A DNA stretch of 64,000 nt, from positions 76,880,001 to 76,944,000 of the forward strand of contig CM060732.1 of NCBI GenBank assembly GCA_030704615.1. Reading direction: 5' to 3'. Within the stretch, counting starts at the first letter, position 1. Each line of letters starts with the position of its first letter. A program made the translations under genes and the position numbers. Positions 23,601 through 36,072 of this stretch are shown piece after piece. The DNA comes from Takakia lepidozioides (Eukaryota > Plantae > Bryophyta). The notes under the pieces were generated by a model. It saw nothing but the letters and a program-made list of their open reading frames with translations, had not been told where the DNA came from and did not search any database.

Positions 23601-26600
23601 GCTACAAGAAGACCTCGAGGAGTCAGAGAGTATGACTGGAGAGGAGGACTGGATGAGGAGCAGGAAGCTACCCTATTTGCTGCACACCCAGAGTGGGAGC
23701 AGGTTGCAGAGATGCGGCTGGAAAGCCTAAGTTGTTTGAGAGGTATCTGCTGTGGTGTAGTGACAGCAACACCAACTGAAGAGGAAACCAGCATTTACCC
23801 ATCACATTTCTATGAAGAAAGAGAAGGAGAAATAGAAATCCTAGAAGAACCAGCCACTGTGAGCTTACAGGATGAAGTGGTGACTGGTTGGACAATCACA
23901 GCTGATGAGCAGGTGAGAGAAGTAAATGTGGGAACTCAGGAGGAACCGAGGATGGTGAAAGTAGGAGCTGATTTGGAGCCGGAATTCTTCGAAGAAGCTA
24001 AAAGCTTGTTCATCAAATACAGAGATGTATTTGCTTGGAGCTATGAGGATCTAAAAGGGATACCACCTGAAGTCTGTCAGCATAAAATTGAACTGGAACC
24101 AGGGTCAGTACCAATCAAGCAGGCGAGGTATAGAATGAATCCCAACTACGCACAGAAGGTTGGAGAAGAGATAAAGAAGTTGGCTGAGGCTAAGTTTATA
24201 TACCCAATAGAGTATACAACTTGGTTGTCACCCATTGTTATAGTTCCCAAGAAGAATGGCAAACTAAGAGTATGTGTGAACTATAAGAAGCTGAATGCTT
24301 GTACGAAGAAAGATCCTTTCCCTTTGCCATTCACAGAAGCAGTATTAGACACTGTGGCAGGCCATGAGATGTACTCATTCATGGATGGCTTCAGTGGTTA
24401 TAATCAAGTGCAAGTGGCAGAAGAAGACCAAGGGAAAACAGCTTTCATCACAGACTGGGGGCTTATGCATACAAAGTCATGCCCTTTGGACTTTGTAATG
24501 CACCAGCGACCTTTCAGAGAGTGATAAGTGAATCTTTTCAAGAGTATCTGGATGATTTCATGCAGGTGTTTTTGGATGATTTCAGTGTGTACAGCTCTAA
24601 GAATGAGCACTTGCATAAATTGGAGTTATGCCTGGCCAGATGCAGGATGAGAGGTCTGGGCTTGAATCCAGAGAAGTGTACTTTCTGTGTGAACTCAGGG
24701 GTGCTTCTGGGACACATTGTGTGTAAGAAGGGACTCCTTGTGGATCCCAGGAAGACAGAGTCCATTAAAGCCTCTCCACCACCAGTGAATGTTAAGAGTT
24801 TAAGGAGATTCCTTGGGCAAACCAGTTATTACAGAAGATTTGTCAAAAGGTATGCACAAATAGCAGCACCATTGAGCAAGCTTCTGAAGAAAGATGCAGT
24901 GTTTGCATGGACAGCTGAATGTCAACAGGCGTTTGAGGAACTTACACTGTCAGTAACAACTACACCTGTGCTGATTAACCCTCACTGGCATGTAGTATTT
25001 CATGTTCACTGCGATGCATCAGGAGAAGCGTTGGGAGCGGTGTTAGCCCAGAATGTTACAGGGAATATAGATTCACCTGTGTACTATGCTAGCCGGTTGA
25101 TGAACAGTGCTGAGAGGAACTATAGCACAACGGAAAGAGAAGCATTGGCAATGATCTATGCAGTGAAGAAATTCAGGCATTACCTATTGGGAAGAAAGTT
25201 TATGTTTTATGTGGATCACCAGGCTCTGATATATCTGGTGAACAAACCTTTGATAAGTGGAAGGATAGCGAGGTGGTTAATAATCTTGCATGAGTTTGAG
25301 TTCGAGGTTATTTACAAGCCTGGCCGTTTGCATCTTGTGGCAGATCATTTGTCACGACTAACAACAGGAGAGGCCGCCACAGGAGTGGACGATCAGTTAC
25401 CTGATGCGAGTTTATTTGTAATGGAGGTGCAAGGAAGTGCAGATGAATGGTTAGATTGGCAGTGGCCAATCAGATACTACCTTGCTCATGGTCAGTGCCC
25501 ACCTAGTTATGGTAAGGAGCAGAGGAAGAGAATCGCTATCAAAGCTTTACCTTATACTATGGTAGGAAGCAGAATGTATAAGTTAGGACCTGATGGAGTA
25601 CTAAAACGATGCTTGTACCACCATGAAGTAAATAAAGTCTTGGAGGAAGTTCATAAAGGAGTGGCTGGAGGTCATTTTGGAGAAGAGACTACCAGTAGAA
25701 AGATACTACTCGCAGGATACTGGTGGCCTACTTTGTTCAAAGATGTACATGAGTATTGTCAGAAGTGTGATGAATGTCAGAGGCTAGGACCTTTGCAGAG
25801 ATCTGGAAGAATGGCCTTGCATCCTACAATGCCTACGGAACCATTTCAGAAATGGGGACTAGACTTTGTTGGACCAATTAATCCACCATCCAAGAATACA
25901 CGAAACAGGTACATAATTACAGCCACTGATTATACTACAAAGTGGGTGGAAGCTAAAGCTTTGAGGGACAACACAGCCAAGTCCACAGCAAGGTTCCTGT
26001 ACGAGAACATACTTACACGATTTGGATGTCCCTTAGAATTTATCAGTGATCAAGGAAGTCACTTCATGAATGAGACCATTGAGTTATTGACTAAAGAGTT
26101 TATGATTGTGCATAGAAAGAGTACAACATATTACCCACAGGGTAATGGACAGGCAGAGGCTACCAACAAAATACTATGTACTATCTTGGCTAAGATAGTC
26201 AATGCAAACAGAACGGATTGGGATACAAAGCTGCTGACAGCTTTATGGTCATACAGGACTTCGTATAAAGTCACCACAAAGTATACACCATTCCAATTAG
26301 TTTATGGTATGGAAGCCTTACTTCCAGTGGAATTCCTGTTACCTACCATGAGAACGGAGTGGGGAAAAAGAATGGAATTGCAAGACTCCATCAAGGTCAG
26401 GAAACATGAATTATACCATGTGGAAGAAGTACGTGCTGATGCAGCTGATAATATGACCAGAATTCAGATGAAGCGAAAGGAACAGTTTGATGAAGGCAAG
26501 TTAAAGACTTTTAAGACGGGGGATTTGGTTCTATGGTTGCAGAAGAAAGGAAAGATTCAAGCTTCTAAGCTTAAATCACCATGGAAAGGACCTTATGTCA

Positions 26601-26670
26601 TACAAAAGATGTATGATAACAACACAGCCATGTTACAAACCATTAACAAAGAAATGCTGGGAAGAGTCAA
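20698..26670 (+). pseudogene. gag-pol: gag-pol of copy B (two frameshifts, truncated by the gap)
   Basis: Retrotransposon gag core (FPIYSG..DP...W...F..RF), CCHC knuckles, then PR, RT, RH and INT as in copy A. Confidence 0.9.
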
Positions 26671-27170
26671 NNNNNNNNNNNNNNNNNNNNNNNNNNNNNN
26701 NNNNNNNNNNNNNNNNNNNNNNNNNNNNNNNNNNNNNNNNNNNNNNNNNNNNNNNNNNNNNNNNNNNNNNNNNNNNNNNNNNNNNNNNNNNNNNNNNNNN
26801 NNNNNNNNNNNNNNNNNNNNNNNNNNNNNNNNNNNNNNNNNNNNNNNNNNNNNNNNNNNNNNNNNNNNNNNNNNNNNNNNNNNNNNNNNNNNNNNNNNNN
26901 NNNNNNNNNNNNNNNNNNNNNNNNNNNNNNNNNNNNNNNNNNNNNNNNNNNNNNNNNNNNNNNNNNNNNNNNNNNNNNNNNNNNNNNNNNNNNNNNNNNN
27001 NNNNNNNNNNNNNNNNNNNNNNNNNNNNNNNNNNNNNNNNNNNNNNNNNNNNNNNNNNNNNNNNNNNNNNNNNNNNNNNNNNNNNNNNNNNNNNNNNNNN
27101 NNNNNNNNNNNNNNNNNNNNNNNNNNNNNNNNNNNNNNNNNNNNNNNNNNNNNNNNNNNNNNNNNNNNNN
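26671..27170. other. Assembly gap (500 N)
   Basis: Run of n. Confidence 1.
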
Positions 27171-30100
27171 GCCACTGCCAATCTAACCATTCATCTGCAC
27201 TCCTTCGCACCTCCATTATAAATAAACTCGCATCAGGTAATGATCGCCACTCTGTGGCGGCCTCTCCTGTTGTTATCGGGACAAATGATCTGCCACAAGA
27301 TGCCAACCGGCCAGGCTTGTAAACAAATCAAACTCAAAACTCATGCAAGATTATTAACCACCTCGCTATCTTCCACTTATCAAAGGTTTGTTACCAGATA
27401 TATCAGAGCCTGGTGATCCACATAAAACATAAACTTTCTTCCCAATAGGTACTGTCTGAATTTCTTGACTGCATAAATCATTGCCAGTGCTTCTCTTTCA
27501 GTTGTGCTATAGTTCCTTTCAGCACTGTTCATCAACCTGCTAGCATAGTACACAGGTGAATTATATTTCTGTAACATTCTGGGCTAACACCGCTCCCACG
27601 CTTCTCCTGATGCATCGCAGTGAACATGAAAATACTACATGCCAGGAGGGTTAATCAGCACAGGGGTAGTTGTTACTGACAGTGTAAGTTCCTCAAACGC
27701 CTGTTGACATCAGCTGTCCAGGCAAAACACTGCATCTTTCTTCAAAAGCTTGCTCAATGGTGCCGCTATTTGTGCATACCTTTTGACAAATCTTCTGTAT
27801 AACTGGTTTGCCCAAGGAATCTCCTTAGACTCTTAAAATTCACTGGTGGTGGAGAGGCTTTAATGGCCTCTGCTTCCTAGGATCCACAAGAAGTCCCTTC
27901 TTACACACAATGTTGTCCCAGAAGCACCCCTGAGTTCACACAGAAAGTACACTTCTCTGGATTTAGGCCCAGACCTCTCATCCTGCATCTGGCCAGACAT
28001 AACTCCAATTTATGCAAGTGCTCATTCTTAGAGCTGTACACACTGAAGTCATCCAAGAACACTTGCATGAAATCATCCAGATACTCATGAAAAGATTCAC
28101 TTATACTCTCTGAAAGGTTGCTGGTGCATTACAAAGTCCAAAGGACATGACTTTGTATGCATAAGCACCCCAGTCTGTGATGAAAGCTGTCTTTCCTTGA
28201 TCTTCTTCTGCCACTGCACTTGATTATAACCACTGAAGCCATCCATGAATGAGTACATCTCATGGCCTGCCACAGTGTCCAATACTGCTTCTGTGAATGG
28301 CAAAGGGAAAGGATCTTCTTCGTACAAGCATTCAGCTTCTTGTAGGTTCACACATACTCTAGTTTACCATTCTTCTTGGGAACTATAACAATGGGTGACA
28401 ACCAAGTTGTATACTCTATGGGTATATAACTTAGCCTCAGCCACTTCTTAATCTCTTCTCCAACCTTCTGTGCGTAGTTGGGGATTCATTCTGTACCTGC
28501 CTGCTTGATGGTACTGACCCTGGTTCCAGTTCAATCTTATGCTCAGACTTCAGGTGTATCCCTTTAGATCCTCATATCTCCAAGCAAATACATCTCTGTA
28601 TTTGATGAACAAGCTTTTAGCTTCTTCAAAGAATTCGGGCTCCAAATCAGCTCCTACTTTCACCATCCTCGGTTCCTCTTTGTTCCCACATTCACTTCCC
28701 TCACCTTGCTCTCAGCTGTGATTGTCCAACCAGTCATCACTTCATCCTGTAAGCTCCAGTGGCTGGTTCCTCTAGGATTTCCATTTCTCCTTCTCTTTCT
28801 TCATAGAAATGGATGGGAACTGCTGGTTTCCTCTTCAGTTGGTGTTGCTTTGTCACTACACCATAGCAGATACCTCTTAAACAACTTAGGCTTTCCAGCC
28901 GCATCTCTGCAAACCTGCTCCACTCTGGGTGTGCAGCAAATAGGGTAGCTTCCTGCTCCTCATCAGTCCTCCTCTCCAGTCATACTCTCTGACTCCTCGA
29001 GGTCTTCTCGTAGCAGGTAATCTACTAGATTTCTTTGTGGTAATTTGTATCTCGTGTATCCCATTATGCACGGTTAGTAACTGAGAATTCCAGTCATGGA
29101 ATACCCTGGCCTGTTTCAGCCACGGACGTCCCAATAATAAGGAGTAAGCCTCCATGACTTCATCCATCTTCAACACAGTTAGTGATCATAAAGATCATTT
29201 TTTGTATCTGTATCTTAACTCCTCTTATCATCCCAATGGCTGTACACTCCTTGATCTGCCATTGTTACTGTAAATGGGGCTGGTTTCATGTTACTTAGAC
29301 CAAGCTTCTTTCTTAATTGGTCTGTCATGATATTTACTCGAGAGCCTCCATCTATCAGTACATCAGTTAGTTCTTGCTTCCAATTCTCAATTGGATTACT
29401 CGCATAGAATCATCAAAGTCCATGACTGTTCTCGCCCTTCCGGCTTCACATTATAACTGGTCACCTTGCTGTTCAGGTCTGTGTTTCCTGTCTCATGGGC
29501 AATTTGATTGATTGCTTGATACAGCCTGTGTTACAATAAGGTGCCATAGCAATAGCTGTCCAATGGTTTCTGCTTTGGTCTACATATTACTTCAGCCAAA
29601 GTCTCTTCATTACTTTGCATGCCTGCATCTTCTTTCTTCCTTTCATCCTCACTCACTTCTTCTTCTCCATCATAATCAGAGGAATCTTCCACAGGAATAT
29701 CAGTACTCTTTTGCATTTCCCTTATAGTATTTGCCACTTCCTGTGCAGTTCCTTCTCATCTTTCCAAGTCTCTTCATCTTCAGGCATATCACTGCCATCT
29801 TCATTTATCATCTTCCTCAGCTACTGAGGTATTAGTTTGGCTTTGCTTCTTGTTACTATCATTGTACTTACTTCTGGTACAACACATGGCCTAACCATGT
29901 GAGCTGCCACCACTGGGCCCTCATTCAAGGAGCTCTCATCTCATTCTGGTGTCTATCCAGAATGAACAGGCTGCCCTGCGATGTCCTGGCTGATTACAAT
30001 AGTAACATAGCTCTTCACCATTGGGTCCTCGCCCTTGGTCTGTTCTTGGATTATTTCTGTAATCCTGATTCCCGGGCTGGTAATTCCCCCTTGGATTACC

Positions 30101-33100
30101 CTGATAGTTGCCTCTGGAATTCCTTGGTAAATCCCTCTTGAATTACCTCTCCCTTCCATGCCATTGTTATAACCACCAGACCTACCATAGTGGTCCTGAT
30201 CATTGTTTCTTCTTGGCTGGGGCTGCACCTGATGCACCCTTACTTGCCTAGGTTCTCTTGCAGCTGTCCTTCTGTTGTAGTAACAATTCTCAGTAGAATG
30301 GTTATCCATTTTACAGATAGTACAGTGTTCTCCTTCATGTGGCATTCTGTGGTGGTATGGCCTTCATTCTGGCACTTTGCACACCATACACCCTTCCTCC
30401 AATGTGTTTGCAGCCTCTGTGGCATACTTCTTCAAGATTTCTTCCAATTTTTTCATAGTTATCCCTCTTCAACTTCTCCTTTCTCTTACTCTTCCTTTTT
30501 AGTTCTTGCTCTTCTTCTTCATCTGACTCATCCTCAGAGTCCTCATCATCCCTTTTCTCTCTCCTGAGCATCCCAATTGCTCAATTCTGTTTGCAGTTTC
30601 AAATGCCTCCTCCACTGTATTATGGGGGTAACATATCCACTTTCTTTTGCAACTCTGGTCTTAGTCCACTCACAAACCAAGTCTTCTGTAAACCGGGTGC
30701 TGGTACTGCAGCCAGCTTTTTCATCATCAATTCCATCTTTTCCATATACTCCTCAACAGTTTCATGCTTCTTTTGCTTTAACTGTTTGTAAACTTCCATA
30801 CACTTCATCCTCAGTTTTACTTGTCCTGAACCTATTTCGAAATGCTGTATTCAAGCCATTCCAGGTTAGGAAATGATTATCAGGGAATCTTGCATACCAT
30901 TCACTTGCTTTCTTGATAAGTGAACAAGGAAACAATCTCATCTTGGCATCATCGCCATTCTCATTGTTCACTATACACATGTGCTCAATTGGCTAATGTG
31001 TACATCGGATCCCCTTTTCCTGAATATATTGGAAAGGTGGTTTTGCCCGTGTTGGTTGTAACGCCATCTGTGGCCCTACCTTCTGCCCACTGACAGGTGC
31101 TGGCACCCTTGCTGGTGCTGGTCCTTCTGGACCTGTTGTTTGTGGTGGGTCTTCCACCAAGTGGTGGCCCTTGAGCACTCCTGCTCTGGCCCCACGATAT
31201 TCACAGTATTCCCAGCTTCAGTTGCACTACTTCCCACACTCCCTGTCCCCCCAGAGCCAGATCCAGGCCGCCCGCCTGATCCCCCTGAGCCGACACCTTC
31301 GTTGGCCTGTGATCCAAGTGCTCCACTTGATCCAGGTCCAACGGGTTGGGATGTCCTGGTTGTAGTCTCAACCTCAGCTGTTGGGTCTACTTCTTCATAC
31401 TCTTCCTCTTCCAATTTCTTCTCTCTGTTTTCATCCTCCAAGTTCTGTCCTTGGGTCTTCTTCACTCATGTAACTCAACTGCAATGGTGTTGGAGAGTCT
31501 GAACTCTCCGTTGGCTCTCCACATCCTCTCCTCCTTCTTCACCTTCCGCTCAGAAACTGGAGTTCCTGCTTTTGGTGTTCCATGCCAACTCTTATCAAAT
31601 ATTTCTGTCAAATCTTTTATCCAGGGATGTACCTCAGATCTTTCACCTCGTGATTGATCTTCTTCTCCGTACCAATTCCCTTAATCTTTCTTGCAAAGAA
31701 ACAGAAGGAGTGGCATCCAACTCTAGTTCTTCCGGTATGGGTGATGTACTCTTTGATCTTAATGGTGTGAGAGGTCCAGATGATTCCCCTATGTCTATTC
31801 CTCTCTCCCAAGATATGGATAATTAGCTTTCAGATAGCTTTCTTTTTTGTTGAATATCTCTGGGTCTAGCTTCTCTTTCATCACTCATGTCCCATGTCTT
31901 TCATTTCTTTTTAATGTGGCAATAACAAAAACTCTCTCCTGTAATATCTCTCGTATATGCCTGGGTTTCTTTCAAGCTTCAATGCACCCTTGGCTATACT
32001 TGAAGTCTCCGTTACCATATAACCATATGGAAAACAAGTCTGAAAGGCTGTTTTGGTGTGAGTTTGATCCACAAAATATCCTTTGGAATCCAATTCTTTA
32101 CCAGTACAAGCTCTTCATGCATATGAGTATAAACATTCACCTTTCTTTCTCCCAGCCTTGAAAACTCTACTCGCTTAATGGATAGCAATGCTATCACATA
32201 AACCAATGTTGGTAACCAACGTGCTCTTCCTCTACAGGCTACCTGATAAATCTTTATCACTCCTTTCTCCAGACCCCATTCCGGATCAGCATCATGCACT
32301 CGTTTAAGAATATTTTCTTTACAACCGTCTGGCAATTCCAAGAACCTTTGAAAGAATCGTTTGGACAATCTTTCTTCTTTCGTTCCACAGGGAATTTGAT
32401 TCACTTCAAATTCTTAATGGTCCAACCACCATGATCCCACCAGATGCCTGTCACATCTGGTTGTTCATGACTCAGTTTTTCCCCAGTATGGTCGCCAAAT
32501 GTCGCGCGGCTTTACTCACCCATCCCTTCGCTATCGAGCGGAAACTCCAAGATAGAAGAGTTGGAAATCTCTAAGTACTCAGCCCGCTCAGAACAATCAG
32601 TCATGACCTACAGCTAGTGTATCATGGGGGTGTTTCCTATTTGTTTCCCTTTTCGCATTCATGTTAGCTACCTTACCATTGATAATTAAGTATCAGTTTG
32701 CTTCATCAATCTATCGGATTCCATCAACTCATCCATTCATTCCACAGCTTCACTCAGATCTCTCTACACGGTGTGATTGTATCGTATAAGTATCAGATTA
32801 TGATTTATCAGGTATCAGGCCGAAGCCATTGTGTCTCTAATCTGCTCTACAAATCACTACAGCTTTGCATATAAACAAGCATCTACTAATCATCTCTCCT
32901 CCTCCATCTTTGCTTCCATTCTTGCTCTCCGCCCGATCCCCTCTCATGCATAACCAAGAACTCCTCCCCCTCAAGTGCTTCCAATCCCCTTCTCTCAGTC
33001 CTTGCTTCCCCCTTTATCTTCCTACCCGTGGCTCTAACCGTTTCCCTCAAAACCGTCGTCCGTGAACTAACATGTTCCATTTGCAGGTGTTGTTTCCCCA

Positions 33101-33506
33101 CAGTCATTCCCTGTCCTACTCTCCGTTCCCTATGGTCGTGACAGCTGTATCAAGCTGTGACTGGCTGTGTGAAACTGTGATGGGCTGTGACTGGCTGTGC
33201 GACTGTGTTTGGATGGGGCTATGACTGGCTGTGTGGGTGTGTCGGCTGTGACGGGCTGTGTTGGCTGTGATGGCTGTGTCGGGCTGTGACGAGTTGTGCT
33301 GACTGTGTTTGGCTGTGTCGAGCTGTGACTGGCTGTGTGGCTGTGTCGGCTGTGACGGGCTGTGTTGGACTGTGACGGACTGTGTAACCCCCCTTACAGT
33401 GCGCTGCTGTCACCCCTAAGGCTCCTGTTGGTCTTAGTCTGTGCAAAAATTAAGGGTACCCTACAGATCCCGTATAAGTGTCTAAGTCCCAGACAGTCCT
33501 CTAACA
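27171..33506 (-). mobile_element. Ty3/gypsy copy C (5' LTR 32500-33506 to RNase H), many 1-bp indels
   Basis: Reverse complement of copy B ~19086-25466; PBS at ~32480-32499. Confidence 0.92.
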
Positions 33507-35091
33507 GTGGGCGATGTGGATAGGGTCATCATTGGGTACTACAACTATGGGTGGGAAGTGCCGAGTAGGGCGAGTAGGTCTGTTTCGTCATTACATGAAT
33601 GCCAGTGTGCGAACGGACTTTGAGTATATGGACTGGGTGGCTGATGGCAATGGCCCTCTGGACAATAGCGGAAATAAGGTTGCGGTCGGGGTGGTGATGA
33701 TGGGCAGAGGGGAGAGAATGTGGTTACGGATGAAGAAGAGGTAAGGGCTGTGTGTGAAGATGTAATATGGGGGTGGGGGGGGAAGTGTCGAGTAAAGAGA
33801 GAGCATCGTGAATGGCCATGAGTTCAGCCCTGAGGATGGTGGTAGGTCCAGGGAGCCTGAGGGCAACGCCTTGACCGGTGTTGGCGTGATAATACCGTAC
33901 CCTGCATTAGGTTTGGTGAGGGATCCGGGTGTGTTGTAGTGTGAGTTGGCCGGTGGGTATTTGGGGATGGTGTTTTGTTGATATATGCGGGGATTGGAGG
34001 GGGAGGCGTTGTTGGCGCGACATATGGAGGGCGTGGTATCGCAATGTTCCAAACTTTGTTTGTTCTAATCTGGGGCAGTGTGGCGGGTGCGTGGGTGTGA
34101 GGGAGGGCAGTTGGGCGATGGATGGTGGCCTTTAATTTATGGGTTTTTGTTAGTTATTGTTCTAGTTGACGGAAGAAATGTGTCGGTGTTGTGCTGAATG
34201 AAGGGGGTTTGACGTGTAGTATCAGGGTAAGGGTGGGCTCTTTCCGTTTGAGGTATTTGGGGAGAGGAGGGGTGTGAATATATTTAAGTTGGTTTGGGTC
34301 AATTGTGGCGAGTAAGTTAACCCTTCTAGGAGTCGTAGGAGAGGGTGAGAGGTGCTCGGTGTGATTTGGTGTGTGAGGATGAGGATTATGGATGAAGAAG
34401 GAGAGGAGTGCGCAGCAAATTTTTGCCCATTGAAGAGCTTCGTAAGCAAGAGGGCCAGGGGGGTGGGCAAGGCCCTGACCTTCCCAAGTGTGCTGGGTGG
34501 CAGTACCTGTGGCTCCAAAGATACTCTGTGGTTTGTGGGCTAGAAAATGTGTGATGTCATTGGGCATGCATGTCAGTGGGTTGGAGTAGTAGTATGAGTG
34601 AGGTAAGCTGGAATGTATTGATAATTAAGGTGAGAATATCTTGGGGTATGTATGGTGTGCACATGTTGTTTCCAATCTAGTGAGGGACCGGGGTTTCTTG
34701 GGGGGAGTGTCTTGAGGTAGCGGTCAACCAACAATATAATTCGGTAGCAAAGTCTGTTTCGGGGTTGTAGTGATTGGGAGATGAGCTTGCAGCAGAGTAT
34801 TTCTCCAACAACCATGTAATCGTGCAGTAGGAATGGTCCAATGATGCGGCCATGTTGCGCGTCGATATTGGAGAGGCGGGGGCCCATGCGGATGAGGGGT
34901 TGATCATGTTGACACTTTGTCAGGATTACATGCAGTTATGCAGATGTGTACGTTGGAAGCATAGATGGGTTGGTGTATGTATCTGTTATTTGTAGGTTGG
35001 GTGGGGTGGCGTGTGTTGTGGGTGCTGGTTAGAAATTGGTGTTAGTATTTTTGTGGAAGGTGGTGAGTAGGGCAAGATTGTATTCGGGGTC
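33507..35091 (-). mobile_element. Degenerate LINE segment: methyltransferase-like motif region plus RNase H
   Basis: Manual translation across frameshifts gives RNase H motifs YNTPGS..AGYGI, TILRAELMAIHDAL, IFTHS and KVRSHTGIH.NDETDLLA (~33560-33945). Upstream lies SNPLTC..FGATG..W.G.GLAHPP (~34450-34590). Confidence 0.75.
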
Positions 35092-36043
35092 TGTCGCGCG
35101 GCTTTTACTCACCCATCCCTTCGCTATTCGAGGCGGAAACTCCAAATTGAAGAGTTGGAAATCTCTAAGTACTCAGCCCGCGCAGAACAATCAGTCATGA
35201 CCTACAGCTAGTGTATCATGGGGGTGTTTCCTATTGTTTTCCCTTTTGGTATTCATGTTAACTATTTACCATTGATAATTAAGTATCAGTTTGCTTTATC
35301 AATCTATTGGATTCCATCAACTCATCCATTCATCCCACAGCTTCACTCAGATCTCTCTACACAGTGTGATTGTATCGTAAAGTATCCGATTATGATTTAT
35401 CAGGTATCAGGCCGAAGCCATTGTGACTCTAATCTTCTCTACAATATCATTACAGCCTTGCATATATCAAGCATCTACTCATCATCTCTCTATCTTCACT
35501 TCCGTTCTCCCTCTCTGCCCGATCCCTCTCCTCTATCACCAAGAAGTCCTCCTCCGAATGATGTCCCTCAATTCCCCGTTTCTCCCTTTATCTTCCTATC
35601 CGCGGTTCTAACCGTTTCCCTCACTAACCGTCGTCTGTGAACTAACATGTTCCCTTCGCAGGTGTTGTTCCCCACAATCGTTCCCTGTCCTACTCTTCGT
35701 TCCCTATGATCGTGACAGCTGTGTCAAGCTGTGACTGGCTGTGTGAAAATGTGAGGGATGTGGTGTGGACTGGCTGTGTGGCTGTGCCGGGCTGTGTCGG
35801 CTGTGTGTGTCTGCTGTGACGACTGTGACAGGCTGTGTTGGCTGTGTTGGCTGTGACGACTGTGACGGGCTGTGTTGGCTGTGTCGGCTGTGACGACTGT
35901 GACGACTATGACGGGCTGTGTAACCCCCCTCTACAGTGCGCTGCTGTCACCCCTAAGGCTCCTGTTGGTCTCAGTCTGTGCAAAAATTAAGGGTACCCTA
36001 CAGATCCCGTATAAGTGTCTAAGTCCCCGACAGTCCTCTAACA
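35092..36043 (-). repeat. 3' LTR of copy D
   Basis: TG...CA termini; similar to the copy B LTR. Confidence 0.9.
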
Positions 36044-36060
36044 TTACCCCTTCCCCTCAA
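36044..36060 (-). promoter_or_regulatory. Polypurine tract of copy D
   Basis: Minus strand TTGAGGGGAAGGGGTAA immediately precedes the LTR start TGTTAGAGG. Confidence 0.85.
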
Positions 36061-36072
36061 AAAGCCGTGTCC

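Larger units (their letters stand above)
19086..26670 (+). mobile_element. Ty3/gypsy copy B (5' LTR, PBS, extra ORF, gag-pol), runs into the assembly gap
   Basis: LTR TG...CA followed by PBS, gag and pol; 1-bp frameshifts at ~22524 and ~24460. Confidence 0.95.

Noticed and set aside
26593-27322. ORFs spanning the N run
   Set aside because: Artefacts of translating through the gap.
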